Source of the DNA: an uncultured Candidatus Saccharimonadales bacterium
Lineage (GTDB): Bacteria; Patescibacteriota; Saccharimonadia; UBA4664
Length of the DNA stretch: 56,822 bases
Direction of reading: 5' to 3'
Assembly: GCA_964505035.1 (NCBI GenBank)
Contig: CAZDGK010000002.1
Coordinates: 1 to 56,822, forward strand
The notes under the pieces: generated by a model
Database searches by the model: none
Told to the model about the DNA's origin: nothing
Seen by the model: only the letters and a program-made list of their open reading frames with translations
Translations under genes and position numbers: made by a program
In this document: positions 1-8,746 of the stretch, piece after piece
Layout of the letters: every line of letters starts with the position of its first letter
Position numbering within the stretch: position 1 is the stretch's first letter

Positions 1-54
1 CCGGCGATCTCCTCCGTGACAGGGAGGCATGTTAGGCCTCTACACCACGAGCCC
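1..54 (-). tRNA. tRNA-Asp(GTC), 3' part cut by window edge
   Basis: Reverse complement reads GGGCTCG-TG-GTGT-AGAGGCCTA-ACAT-G-CCTCC-CTGTCAC-GGAGG-AGATC-GCCGG. This gives the acceptor 5' arm, D arm, an anticodon arm with GTC, and the start of the T stem. Confidence 0.8.
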
Positions 55-284
55 GGGTGTGAGTAACCGCCATATGGTAGCAGGTTAAGCCAGCCCACGC
101 AAGGCTTGAGTGGGGAATGTGCACGTCCGATGAGTGCCGAAATGACCGAGTACAGAAAGTGTTCGAGGGTCGTTTTGAGGCCTAGGGCAGGGATTATTTG
201 AATATGGGAAATCGGGTTTGGCTTTTGAGCATAAGCTGTTTGAGGGTGTGCTATGATGTGGGGAGATAATATGGGTGGAAGGTT

Positions 285-668
285 GTGGAGCAAGAGCAGA
301 AACCAGCGCGACGCATGAGCGACATCGGTCCGCGGCGACCGATGGACATGGTGCGGCGTCCGGCAGCCCAGCCGGCTCAACCAGTCCGGCCTCAGTCAAT
401 GGATCGGCCCCGGATGGAGCCTCGTCCCCAGCCCGTGCCGGCACCTGAGCCGGTGATACGCTCCGAGCCGTTGCCGCAACCAGTACATCAGCCGGCTCCT
501 CAGCCAGCCCCACCGCAGCCGGCGCCTGAGCCGAGGGTGGCCGCGCCGGAACCGGCTCGGGGTCGCCGCAGGGGATGGTGGATTGTGCTGCAGTTTGTGA
601 TTGGCTTGGCGATTATTGCGGGAGTGGCGGCGGCAATCGTGGTGCTTTATATCCGTTACTATCAGTAG
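285..668 (+). CDS. Pro/Gln-rich protein with C-terminal TM anchor (hypothetical)
   Basis: GTG 285 (ATG 315 is an alternative start). Repeated QPAPxP-type motifs and a hydrophobic tail, WWIVLQFVIGLAIIAGVAAAIVVLYI. Confidence 0.5.
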   Translation: MEQEQKPARRMSDIGPRRPMDMVRRPAAQPAQPVRPQSMDRPRMEPRPQPVPAPEPVIRSEPLPQPVHQPAPQPAPPQPAPEPRVAAPEPARGRRRGWWIVLQFVIGLAIIAGVAAAIVVLYIRYYQ

Positions 669-675
669 GAGCAGG

Positions 676-1104
676 GTGGAGCGCGCGGTTTACACAATAG
701 TCGGCTTGTTGGTGATCGTACTGGTGGCGGCCGGTTTGACGGGAGCTACGTACGTGATGGCTGGTGGCCGGGTGGCAGTACTTGATGGCTTGGTGGGGAC
801 GGCTGGGCCAACACCGACGGCGACCGTGAAGTCGACTGCTACGCCCGTGCCCACGCCGACAGCTACACCGACACCGACACCGACGGCTACGGCTACGCCC
901 GAGGTGACGCCGGCAGCCCGGACGGCTCGGGCGGTGTCATATGTGCGGCTGCGGCAGGGGCCGTCGACCAATACGGCCGTACTGACGCAGCTATATGGTG
1001 GCGAAATCGTGACGCTAGGGGGCTATAGCGACGCTCAATGGCAAGAGGTCTACTACAATGGCTTTCACGGTTATATCTACAAAACCTATCTGCAGTACCT
1101 GTAG
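676..1104 (+). CDS. Membrane-anchored protein with Thr/Pro linker and SH3b-like C-terminal domain
   Basis: GTG 676 is in frame with track ORF 601..1104 and preceded by AGGAGCAGG. It has an N-terminal TM (IVGLLVIVLVAAGLTGA), a TPTPTAT linker, and a C-terminus (VRLRQGPSTNTAVLTQLYGGEIVTL...YYNGFHGYIY) typical of bacterial SH3 domains. Confidence 0.6.
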   Translation: MERAVYTIVGLLVIVLVAAGLTGATYVMAGGRVAVLDGLVGTAGPTPTATVKSTATPVPTPTATPTPTPTATATPEVTPAARTARAVSYVRLRQGPSTNTAVLTQLYGGEIVTLGGYSDAQWQEVYYNGFHGYIYKTYLQYL

Positions 1105-1120
1105 AGACTAGTAATATACC

Positions 1121-1135
1121 GAACAGATAGCGAAC
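1121..1135. promoter_or_regulatory. GAAC-N7-GAAC direct-repeat box (third copy of the motif)
   Basis: ccGAACagatagcGAACag in the intergenic region. The minus-strand reading ctGTTCgctatctGTTCggta shares flanks with the boxes at 11365 and 40042. Confidence 0.35.
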
Positions 1136-1271
1136 AGACCCGCTGGAAAAAACAATAGCGCTATCCTCCAAAAGTGACAAAACTAACGCTTTAAGCTTTG
1201 GAATAACCGCTGATGTGCCAACCCTGTTACGGGCCGCATACTGCTGCCATAAGGATAACGAGGGTATACCC

Positions 1272-1448
1272 ATGGGTAGATCAAGAACGCAAAAGATCAA
1301 GAGGTCGCATAGTCCGCAGCCGCAGGTTGACGTGCAAGACATTTTCTACATGAGTCTCGAAGAGGCCAAGGCTGCACTAACCGACAAATACGAATTCCTG
1401 GCTGACCGCTATGAGCAGAAATTTCCGAAGCACAAAGGCCTGAGCTAG
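1272..1448 (+). CDS. Small hypothetical protein (58 aa)
   Basis: ATG 1272 preceded by GAGGG. The ORF is followed by a strong intrinsic terminator. No family recognised. Confidence 0.35.
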   Translation: MGRSRTQKIKRSHSPQPQVDVQDIFYMSLEEAKAALTDKYEFLADRYEQKFPKHKGLS

Positions 1449-1467
1449 CATAACAATTTGGCACCCG

Positions 1468-1498
1468 AACAACGGTCTGGTAAAGGCCGTTGTTTTTT
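1468..1498 (+). terminator. Rho-independent terminator
   Basis: Stem aacaacgg/ccgttgtt, 11-nt loop, then a T6 run. Confidence 0.75.
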
Positions 1499-1520
1499 GG
1501 TAACCTAACGGGGTTGATAA

Positions 1521-1596
1521 GCCGATGTAGCTCAGTTGGTAGAGCAGCACTTTCGTAAAGTGAAGGTCATGGGTTCGAGTCCCCTCATCGGCTCCA
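1521..1596 (+). tRNA. tRNA-Thr(CGT), CCA encoded
   Basis: GCCGATG-TA-GCTC-AGTTGGTA-GAGC-A-GCACT-TTCGTAA-AGTGA-AGGTC-ATGGG-TTCGAGT-CCCCT-CATCGGC-T-CCA. The discriminator is U. Confidence 0.9.
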
Positions 1597-1618
1597 GGAA
1601 TTATTCGGTAATAAGGCG

Positions 1619-1647
1619 AAACCCCCGGCGAATGGACCGGGGGTTTT
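1619..1647. terminator. Bidirectional terminator hairpin
   Basis: aaacccccgg / ccgggggttt with an 8-nt loop, lying between tRNA-Thr (+) and ORF 1662..1961 (-). Confidence 0.7.
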
Positions 1648-1661
1648 GGGTGGGGGAGCGG

Positions 1662-1961
1662 CTAGAGGCCAGTCCCCATGGCCGCCAGAACGGCGGTGAC
1701 CAGCGCCTCATTGCCACCAGCGGCCGCGAGAACAGCCTTGGCTTTGGCGAGGTACTCGTCGCGGGGGTCCAGCGGACGGTCCCAGCTGCCGTAGTGCCAG
1801 CCACAGCTGTCCGTGTGGTTCCACCGGCAGAGCTGGCGGTGGAGCAGTTCGGCGACACGCTGCTCGGGCGTGAGGGCGGCCTGCCGGGCCTCCTCAGCAT
1901 CGAGGACGGCGGCTTGAGCGTTGAGCTCAGCCCGTTTCCGGGCGATTTCGTCCCGGTCCAT
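1662..1961 (-). CDS. Hypothetical protein (99 aa)
   Basis: Trimmed to ATG 1961 (MDRDEIARKR), which has SD GGAAGGAG upstream. A TTGAAG-17-TATCAT promoter lies at 1998-2026. Confidence 0.5.
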   Translation of the reverse strand: MDRDEIARKRAELNAQAAVLDAEEARQAALTPEQRVAELLHRQLCRWNHTDSCGWHYGSWDRPLDPRDEYLAKAKAVLAAAGGNEALVTAVLAAMGTGL

Positions 1962-2070
1962 GGTGCTCCTTCCAGAGTCGGAATTGCGGGATAGCCTATG
2001 ATATAATTTTTGAAGTAAAACTTCAAGCTTTGGACTTCTGAGCGAGTTTGTATACAATCTGGAATGTTAT

Positions 2071-2144
2071 GCGGGTATAGTACATCGGTAGTATGTGACC
2101 TTCCCAAGGTTGAGAGGTGGGTTCGATTCCCGCTACCCGCACCA
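2071..2144 (+). tRNA. tRNA-Gly(CCC), CCA encoded
   Basis: GCGGGTA-TA-GTAC-ATCGGTA-GTAT-G-TGACC-TTCCCAA-GGTTG-AGAG-GTGGG-TTCGATT-CCCGC-TACCCGC-A-CCA. Confidence 0.9.
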
Positions 2145-2220
2145 AGGATTTATTTGGCATTGTATTTGACGGCTACTGTGGGTATGGTACGCACGGGCGA
2201 TTTCGCACACGGACGGAGGT

Positions 2221-2577
2221 GTGATGATGCGAGATGCACGCACCCAGAGTGGCCAGTGGGTTAAGGATGCTCAGGTTCGGGTAGAAGGCGATCTTAGCGC
2301 ATTGGCCGACCGGTCGACCTGGAAGATCATGGCGGTGCTAGAGGTTCATCCTCGAGACGTGCCGTTCCTGATCGGCTGGCGGACAGAGCAATTTGGGCTG
2401 GCTGAGTTTTATACTGAGCCGGCGCAGACCGACAATGCGCGTCTGGCTATGGAAGTAGGCGACCAGCCGGTCTGGTTTGTGGCTCGGTCGTTGGATGGCG
2501 CTACTCAGCTTGTAATAGAGCTGGTGGAGCTAACTGTTCAGAGTGATCCGCGGTATAGCGATACACCGCGGTATTGA
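2221..2577 (+). CDS. Hypothetical protein (118 aa)
   Basis: SD GGAGG lies upstream of GTG/ATG 2221-2226. The ORF is followed by a 10-bp hairpin. No family recognised. Confidence 0.5.
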   Translation: MMMRDARTQSGQWVKDAQVRVEGDLSALADRSTWKIMAVLEVHPRDVPFLIGWRTEQFGLAEFYTEPAQTDNARLAMEVGDQPVWFVARSLDGATQLVIELVELTVQSDPRYSDTPRY

Positions 2578-2592
2578 GCCCTGGGCAGTTCG

Positions 2593-2622
2593 AGGCCCTC
2601 TCGGCGATCTGAGAGGGCCTTT
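2593..2622 (+). terminator. Hairpin terminator (weak T tract)
   Basis: aggccctctc / gagagggcct with an 8-nt loop, followed by TT only. Confidence 0.5.
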
Positions 2623-2637
2623 AAGTCAGATAACGCA

Positions 2638-3087
2638 ATGCGGGCGGTGGACGACCTAGAGCGTGATATAATCTCTCCTATGAACGCCCTGCTATCGCTT
2701 GGCTCTGTGCGCCAAAAATTTGGAAGCAAACTAGCGGAGGTGCGCCAGTCGCGCTTTTTTCATGACCGCATTAGCGCGGGCTTGTTGGTGCTGGCGCTGG
2801 TGATCAATGGTGCTAATCTGGTGTGGTTGATACTGCATGTACCGGCGGTGCCGGCGGATATTCCGGTGTGGTACTCGAGCTTACACGGGTTTGACGGCCT
2901 GGGGCCGTGGTACAGCCCGTTTTTTATTGCGCTGTTTGGGCTGGCAGTGACTGGTGTAAACGGGACTTTGAGCTATCAGGCGTTTGGGCGCAGCCGGCTG
3001 GCGTCGTTTTATCTGTTGGCCGGATCGGTGGTAGTGGGCGTGCTGTGCTTGGTGATATCTAACGCTTTTGCGACGGTGGGGCTGTGA
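2638..3087 (+). CDS. Small polytopic membrane protein (hypothetical)
   Basis: Hydrophobic segments LLVLALVINGANLVWLIL, FFIALFGLAVTGV and FYLLAGSVVVGVLCLVI. The stop overlaps the next gene's start (GTGA). ATG 2680 is an alternative start. Confidence 0.5.
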   Translation: MRAVDDLERDIISPMNALLSLGSVRQKFGSKLAEVRQSRFFHDRISAGLLVLALVINGANLVWLILHVPAVPADIPVWYSSLHGFDGLGPWYSPFFIALFGLAVTGVNGTLSYQAFGRSRLASFYLLAGSVVVGVLCLVISNAFATVGL

Positions 3088-4772
3088 ACGGGATACTGGC
3101 GCAGACCCGGGCGATGAGCTGGGTGAACCGGCGATGGTTTGAGCGGCTGCTGGAAATAATCCCGGGTGTGGTGAGCTGGTCTATCCTGATTGCGCCGATC
3201 CCTCTGAGTATGGTGGACCCGCTGGCGGTGGCATACTTCATCATCGCGTTTGACCTGTATTGGATGCTTAAGTCGTTCCGGCTGAGCTACTACCTGGTAC
3301 GGGGCTACCACCGGCTGCATGTGTCGCAGCGGATTGACTGGCAGGCACGTCTGGAATGGCTGAAGGAGCCAGCTAAGCATTTGGTGGTGACCAATCAGGC
3401 GCTGACGGAGCTGAAGGCGCGCTACCCGTTGGCCTGGTGGGGGCCGACGAAGGTGCGCCGGCGATACCGCCAGCTGCGCGAGGACCAGCATCTGCTGGCG
3501 GCGTTGTGTGCGCATGACAGCCTGGTGATGAGGCCGGAGGAGATTTATAACGCGGTGATCATGGCGGTGTCAGTGGAGCCGCAGGAGATTGTCGAACCAT
3601 CGGTGAAGGCGCTGACACATGCTGAGTATCCGGGCAAGCAGATGATGCTGGTGATTGCGTATGAGGAGCGGTGTGGCGAGGAGGCGGAGCGGATCTCGAA
3701 GCTGATGATTGAGCGGTATGGCGAGCATTTCGCGCTGGCGATCGCGGTGAAGCACCCAGACGGTGTGCCGGGCGAGGTTCGCGGCAAGGGACCGAATATT
3801 AGCCACGCCGGCCAGGTGCTGACTGAGGAAGTGCGCAAGCGCGGGCTGCACCCTGAGCAGGTGGTAGTGACGACGTTTGACGCGGATCACCGGGCGTCGG
3901 GCAACTATTTTGCCTGCCTGGCGTTTACGTACGCGAGCGACCCGAACCGAGTGCGCAAGAGCTTCCAGCCTATCCCCATGTTCTACAACAATATTTGGGA
4001 CGCGCCGGCGCCGATGCGGGTGATCGCGGCTGGTAACTCGTTTTGGCTCCTCATGGAGACGATGCGGCCGCGGCGGCTGCGCAACTTCGCGGCGCATGCC
4101 CAGAGCCTGGCAGCCCTGATAGCGACCGACTATTGGAGCCGGACGTCGATCGTGGAGGATGGCCATCAGTTCTGGCGGACGTACTTTACCTATGACGGCG
4201 ACCACAGTGTGGTGCCGCTGTATGCTTGTGTGTACCAGGATGCAGTGCTGAGCGACACATACATCAAGACGATCAAGGCGCAGTACAAGCAACTGCGCCG
4301 GTGGGCATGGGGTGCGAGCGATTTCTCGTACGCGGTGCGCAACGCGATCCTGAACCGGCAGATCCCGTGGAGCAACAAACTGGTGCAGATTGGCCGGCTG
4401 TTTGAGAGCCATGTGTCGTGGGCGACCGCCCCGCTACTGCTGACGTTTGTGGGCTATCTGCCACTGGTGCTGAGCCCCCGTAACAGCATTGATACGCTGC
4501 CGCATTTGCTGCCGATTATTACCTCGCGGATCATGCAGATAGCCTCGGTGGGAATTGTGGTGACGATTTTCATCAGCATGATCTCGCTGCCGCCGCGGCC
4601 GGAGCGCTACCGCCGGACCAAGAATGTGTTTATGGTGCTGCAGTGGCTGCTACTGCCGGTGACGTCGATCGCGTTCTCGTCGTTTGCGGCGATCGAGTCG
4701 CAGACGCGGCTTATCTTCAATCGCCGGCTGGAGAGCTTTGACATTACCGACAAGGCGGTGAAGAAACCGTGA
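3084..4772 (+). CDS. Membrane GT2-family (processive-type) glycosyltransferase
   Basis: TTFDADH (DxD), SIVEDG and a QxxRW-like KQLRRWAWG motif, with TM segments at both ends. Confidence 0.75.
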   Translation: MNGILAQTRAMSWVNRRWFERLLEIIPGVVSWSILIAPIPLSMVDPLAVAYFIIAFDLYWMLKSFRLSYYLVRGYHRLHVSQRIDWQARLEWLKEPAKHLVVTNQALTELKARYPLAWWGPTKVRRRYRQLREDQHLLAALCAHDSLVMRPEEIYNAVIMAVSVEPQEIVEPSVKALTHAEYPGKQMMLVIAYEERCGEEAERISKLMIERYGEHFALAIAVKHPDGVPGEVRGKGPNISHAGQVLTEEVRKRGLHPEQVVVTTFDADHRASGNYFACLAFTYASDPNRVRKSFQPIPMFYNNIWDAPAPMRVIAAGNSFWLLMETMRPRRLRNFAAHAQSLAALIATDYWSRTSIVEDGHQFWRTYFTYDGDHSVVPLYACVYQDAVLSDTYIKTIKAQYKQLRRWAWGASDFSYAVRNAILNRQIPWSNKLVQIGRLFESHVSWATAPLLLTFVGYLPLVLSPRNSIDTLPHLLPIITSRIMQIASVGIVVTIFISMISLPPRPERYRRTKNVFMVLQWLLLPVTSIAFSSFAAIESQTRLIFNRRLESFDITDKAVKKP

Positions 4773-5827
4773 ACTATCTGCTGGGATTTGGCCTGGCATT
4801 TGCGGTGACGGCAGCGGTGACACCTCTGGTGCGCCAGATAGCATTGCGTTACGGCATCGTAGACCGGCCTTCTGAGGCTCGCAAGATTCATCGCTGGCCG
4901 ATTGCCTACCTTGGCGGATCGGCTATCTTCGTGGGCTTCCTGGCGGCCGCAGCAGGCCTCCTGCCGCTGAGTCGGCAGTTGGTGGCGCTGATTCTGGGCT
5001 GCGTGATTTTGGTGGTGGTGGGCGTGCTAGACGATGTGCGCGGGCTGTCGCCGTGGACCAAGCTGGCGGCGCAGTTTGTGGCGGCTGGGGTGGCGCTGGC
5101 TGGCGGCATTGGGATTACGGCGGTGACCAGCCCGTGGGGCGGAGTGATTGACCTGAGCTGGGGTCGTATCGGGGTGGATGTGGCTGGACTGCATTTTCAT
5201 ATCATGCCGATTGCTAATGCGATTAGCTTGCTGTGGATGGTGGGCCTGGCCAATACGGTGAACTTCTTGGACGGTCTGGACGGACTATCGAGCGGAGTGT
5301 GTGGGATTGCGGCGCTGATAATCTTTGGCCTGGCAGTGGGTCCACATGTGAACCAGCCGGTGGTGGCGATGCTGGCGATTATCCTGGCGGGGGCGGCATT
5401 GGGATTCTTGCCATATCACTTCTATCCGGCGCGGATTTTCATGGGAGACTCGGGGGCATACTTCCTGGGACTATGCTTGGCGATGCTATCTATCTACTCT
5501 GGTGCCAAGCTGGCGACGGCGGTGCTGGTGCTAGGGTTTCCAATCCTGGACGCGGTGTGGGCGGTGGTGCGGCGGCTAGCACGCGGGGTCTCGCCGTTTA
5601 AGGCTGACCGGGGGCACTTTCACCATTTGCTACTGGATGCCGGTTTGTCCCAGCGACAGGCGGTGCTGGTGATGTATGTGGTGTCGGCAGCCTTGGGTTT
5701 GTCGGCTCTGGTGTTGGGAACGGTGGCCAAGCTGGTGGTGTTTGGCCTGCTGGTGGTGCTGATGGGGGTAACGATTGCTACATTGCTGCGGATTGGTGCT
5801 CAGCGCCGGAGTGTCCACCGGACGTAG
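4769..5827 (+). CDS. Polyprenyl-phosphate HexNAc-1-phosphate transferase (MraY/WecA family)
   Basis: Motifs NTVNFLDGLDGL and FMGDSGAYFLG, about 10 TM segments, GTGA overlap with the upstream GT2. Confidence 0.85.
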   Translation: MNYLLGFGLAFAVTAAVTPLVRQIALRYGIVDRPSEARKIHRWPIAYLGGSAIFVGFLAAAAGLLPLSRQLVALILGCVILVVVGVLDDVRGLSPWTKLAAQFVAAGVALAGGIGITAVTSPWGGVIDLSWGRIGVDVAGLHFHIMPIANAISLLWMVGLANTVNFLDGLDGLSSGVCGIAALIIFGLAVGPHVNQPVVAMLAIILAGAALGFLPYHFYPARIFMGDSGAYFLGLCLAMLSIYSGAKLATAVLVLGFPILDAVWAVVRRLARGVSPFKADRGHFHHLLLDAGLSQRQAVLVMYVVSAALGLSALVLGTVAKLVVFGLLVVLMGVTIATLLRIGAQRRSVHRT

Positions 5828-5899
5828 CCCCGGTATTTGACCAAGAGTTGGTGGCGGGGCGCTTCCAATGCTAGAATGAAGGTGTAACGGGGAGGTGCC

Positions 5900-6229
5900 A
5901 TGCAGCCACGATACCTACAAGAGTTAATCAAAAACTTGCAGGAGTTCTATAAGTGCCCCTCGTGCGAGACCAATTATCACTTTGATGATATCCGGTTCCT
6001 GGGGGAGATTGATCTGTACTGCTTTGTGCAGCTATCGTGCCATAATTGTTCACTACCGGTTCTAGCGACGGTGAGTGTAAATGGCAAGGGCGGGGCAAAG
6101 CGCAAGAGCGATCTCAAGCAGAGTGAGGAGGCCAAGTTTGCCTCCAAGGGGGCGATCAGCGCCTCGGAGATCGCGGAATTCCACCGGTGGATCGCTAAGT
6201 CAAAGTCGCTAGTGAGGCGGGCTAAATAG
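5900..6229 (+). CDS. Zinc-ribbon-like small protein (hypothetical)
   Basis: Two CxxC pairs (CPSC, CHNC). SD GGGGAGG upstream and an extended -10 TGcTAGAAT at 5869-5877. Confidence 0.5.
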   Translation: MQPRYLQELIKNLQEFYKCPSCETNYHFDDIRFLGEIDLYCFVQLSCHNCSLPVLATVSVNGKGGAKRKSDLKQSEEAKFASKGAISASEIAEFHRWIAKSKSLVRRAK

Positions 6230-6259
6230 AGTAATCGGAACAAGGGGAGAACGGATAGT

Positions 6260-6928
6260 ATGGATAAGATTATGATCGAGGCCCGCAAGCGAAAGGCTGG
6301 CGGCAAACAGGCAGCTAAGCTAAGGGCGGCTGGTAAGGTGCCGGGCGTAATGTATGGTCACGGCGTCCAACCGGAATCATTGGAACTGGATTCTCGTGAG
6401 CTGGAGCGGGTCTATGACCGGGCTGGCGGGAATAAGATTGTTGGCTTGAAGGTGGGTGACGGTGCCGTGACCAACGTACTGATCTATGACGTTCAGCGCG
6501 AGCCAATGCGCGGCCGCCTGACACACGCTGACTTCTATCTGGTGCGCATGGACGAAGAGCTGAGGGCGGAAGTGCCGATCCACTACGTGGGTGAGTCGAC
6601 GGCTGTGTATCAGGATGAGGGTACGCTGGTGAAGAATCTAGAAGCCATTGAAGTGGAGTGCTTGCCTGATAGATTGCCAGAGAACTTCGAGGTAGATATC
6701 TCAGTGCTGGATGACTTTGAGAAGACCATTACGGTGGGTGACCTGAAGGTGCCCGAGGGTGTGAAGCTGATGATCGAGGATTTGGACACGCTGGTGGCGA
6801 AGGTAGACCCGCCGCGCAGTGACGAGGAATTGGCTGAGCTCGAGGAGGCTGTAGCCGAGGCGCTGCCAGAGGGCGTCGAGGAAGGGGAAGCGGCGGCTGG
6901 CGAGGCGGCTGAAGAGGACAAAAAGTAG
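6260..6928 (+). CDS. rplY: 50S ribosomal protein L25/Ctc
   Basis: N-terminal KLRAAGKVPGVMYGHG... L25 fold signature, plus a Ctc-type C-terminal domain and an acidic tail. Confidence 0.9.
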   Translation: MDKIMIEARKRKAGGKQAAKLRAAGKVPGVMYGHGVQPESLELDSRELERVYDRAGGNKIVGLKVGDGAVTNVLIYDVQREPMRGRLTHADFYLVRMDEELRAEVPIHYVGESTAVYQDEGTLVKNLEAIEVECLPDRLPENFEVDISVLDDFEKTITVGDLKVPEGVKLMIEDLDTLVAKVDPPRSDEELAELEEAVAEALPEGVEEGEAAAGEAAEEDKK

Positions 6929-6950
6929 TCGACTGCCAATTGACCATGAC

Positions 6951-6978
6951 AAAAAGAGGCTCTGCGGAGCCTCTTTTT
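6951..6978. terminator. Bidirectional rho-independent terminator
   Basis: aaaaagaggctc-tgcg-gagcctcttttt between convergent rplY and nrdR. Confidence 0.85.
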
Positions 6979-6986
6979 GATGAGCG

Positions 6987-7430
6987 CTAGTATTTGCCGA
7001 GCTCTTTTTTGAGCTGGGCATCGCTGGCGAGGTCTGTCTGGTAGGCCAGGTAGCGGACGAAGGCGGCGGTGTTGAAATGCTTGAGCGTGGTGAGGGTAAG
7101 GCGGGCAATCTCCGAGGAGGCGAGCTCGCGCTGCCTGGTATCCAGAAGCTTGGCCTCGATGGTGTCGGTGACGGCGTCGACGGTAGTTTCCTTGGCGGGG
7201 ATGGAGAGGAAGGCGCCATAAATGCCGGAATAGAGCTTGGCGCGGGAGTAGCGCTGCTTTTTGCCGGACTTCTTGATGACCTTGAGAAAGCCAAGATCGG
7301 GGGCTTCGTAGGTGGTAAATGACTCGTGACAGTGGCTGCAGCGGCGACGGCGCCAAATCTGGGTGCCAAATTTGGTGGTGCGAGAATTATAAACCTCGGT
7401 GGTGTCTTCGCGACAAAACGGACATTTCAT
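6987..7430 (-). CDS. nrdR: Transcriptional repressor NrdR
   Basis: MKCPFC...CSHC zinc ribbon followed by an ATP-cone-like region. The length (147 aa) is typical. Confidence 0.9.
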   Translation of the reverse strand: MKCPFCREDTTEVYNSRTTKFGTQIWRRRRCSHCHESFTTYEAPDLGFLKVIKKSGKKQRYSRAKLYSGIYGAFLSIPAKETTVDAVTDTIEAKLLDTRQRELASSEIARLTLTTLKHFNTAAFVRYLAYQTDLASDAQLKKELGKY

Positions 7431-7583
7431 GACTAGATATTGTCATATGACTGTAGATTTGGCCAGTGGAAAACCTGTGGGCAAATCGAGAAGGCTGGTG
7501 GGTGGCATGGCGATATATGGGGCTATGATTTAGTTTTTGGCTTGGTAGAGTGCAAATATCCCTGTTATTGAAAGGATCATGCA

Positions 7584-8132
7584 ATGACCAACTGGGAGAC
7601 GGTAGATCGCCCCGGGTACTTTGGAAGGCACCGGGACGAGCGAAGGGCAGCCTACGACGCACAATACGGGCGGGGCCAATGGCGCATCGTGTGGGAGGCG
7701 GACGGCCGGCTGTTTGGCTTTGAGCAGATGGTGCTTCTGTACGAGGATGCCTATGTGGCCTATCTGGGGAGCAGTCAGGGATTGCCCTGGCTGGCTCAGC
7801 TGGTTGAATCGGCCTCGGATGTGTATGACGATGCACCGAGCAATGTGGCCAGTGGGCTCGACTATCTGAAGCAGGAGACCAGCCGGACGCATGTGCAGGA
7901 CGTGGCCATCCGGCGAGCGGTGGTGCGGCTGCGGGAGACTTTCCGCGGTCAGCAGCTGATTCAGATTCGGGATTCGCAGGGGTCGCACGTGCTAAGCATG
8001 GTGCTGTCGCCAGGCCAGGTGCCATTCCACCGGCCGGAGTTGATCCTGAAGCCCTTCCTGGAAGGCTGGTGGGAGCCGGGCAGTGTGGAGTGCTTCTACC
8101 AATCAAATAAGCTGCTGCAGGTGCAGCGGTGA
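7584..8132 (+). CDS. Hypothetical protein (182 aa), first gene of a coupled trio
   Basis: SD AAAGGA upstream. The stop overlaps the GTG of the next gene (GTGA). No family recognised. Confidence 0.55.
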   Translation: MTNWETVDRPGYFGRHRDERRAAYDAQYGRGQWRIVWEADGRLFGFEQMVLLYEDAYVAYLGSSQGLPWLAQLVESASDVYDDAPSNVASGLDYLKQETSRTHVQDVAIRRAVVRLRETFRGQQLIQIRDSQGSHVLSMVLSPGQVPFHRPELILKPFLEGWWEPGSVECFYQSNKLLQVQR

Positions 8133-8746
8133 GTGCGGGCCGGCCAGTTCTGATAGGACTAGCCGGCCCGAGTGCGTCTGGTAAGAGTACTCTGGCGCGG
8201 TGGGCTCAGGCAGAGTTGAATTATCTGGAGGTGGTGAAGTTGGATGCGTTTTTCCGGGAAGCGGTGGAGTTCCCGATGGTGGGCGGGTGGCGCAACTGGG
8301 AATTGCCGGAGAACATCCGGTGTGACGAGCTATGCCAGTGCTTGAGCGAGCTGCGAGCAGGCCGGGAGGCGGAGGTGCCGATTTACTCAAAGCCGGAGGG
8401 GCGGCGGACAGGCAGCCGGGTCGCGCAGCCGGCGCCGATTGTGCTGGTAGAGGGGTTTTTGCTGTATGCCGAGCCGAGGGTGAGAGACCTACTTGATTGT
8501 CGGGTGTATCTGGAGACGAGCGTGGTGGCGCAGCGGCGGCGGCGCGAGGAGAGGGATCCGGCGGGGTTTGACGGCGAATACTTTGACCAGGTGGTGGCGC
8601 CAGGATGGCGGAGGTATGGAGCGGCTGGTCGGGACTACGCTCAGGTGGTACTGGATGGAGATCGTGAGCTGGAAGCGGTGGGCCGGGACTTTCGGGTAGT
8701 GCTTGAGCAGGCCTATAATGGGGTATGGATTCGGTTGGACGAGTAA
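8129..8746 (+). CDS. Uridine kinase/PRK-family nucleoside kinase
   Basis: P-loop GLAGPSASGKST, LVEGFLL, and RRRREERD near the C-terminal third, as in the Udk family. Confidence 0.65.
   Translation: MSAGRPVLIGLAGPSASGKSTLARWAQAELNYLEVVKLDAFFREAVEFPMVGGWRNWELPENIRCDELCQCLSELRAGREAEVPIYSKPEGRRTGSRVAQPAPIVLVEGFLLYAEPRVRDLLDCRVYLETSVVAQRRRREERDPAGFDGEYFDQVVAPGWRRYGAAGRDYAQVVLDGDRELEAVGRDFRVVLEQAYNGVWIRLDE

Noticed and set aside
800-900. Repetitive ACNCCN (Thr-Pro) tract as a tandem-repeat or contingency locus.
   Set aside because: It is an imperfect, in-frame, low-complexity linker inside the SH3b protein. It is not a unit-length tandem repeat.
6238-6252. A fourth exact GAAC-N7-GAAC (ggGAACaaggggaGAACgg) just upstream of rplY.
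   Set aside because: It lacks the extended flanks (tGTTCg / TTCGGta) shared by the other three sites. It coincides with the purine-rich SD region, so it is likely chance.
7431-7460. The gtcatatgac palindrome upstream of nrdR as an NrdR box.
   Set aside because: It matches the NrdR-box consensus (acaCwAtATaTwGtgt) poorly. It occurs as a single copy, whereas NrdR boxes usually occur as tandem pairs upstream of nrd genes, and no nrd genes are present here.
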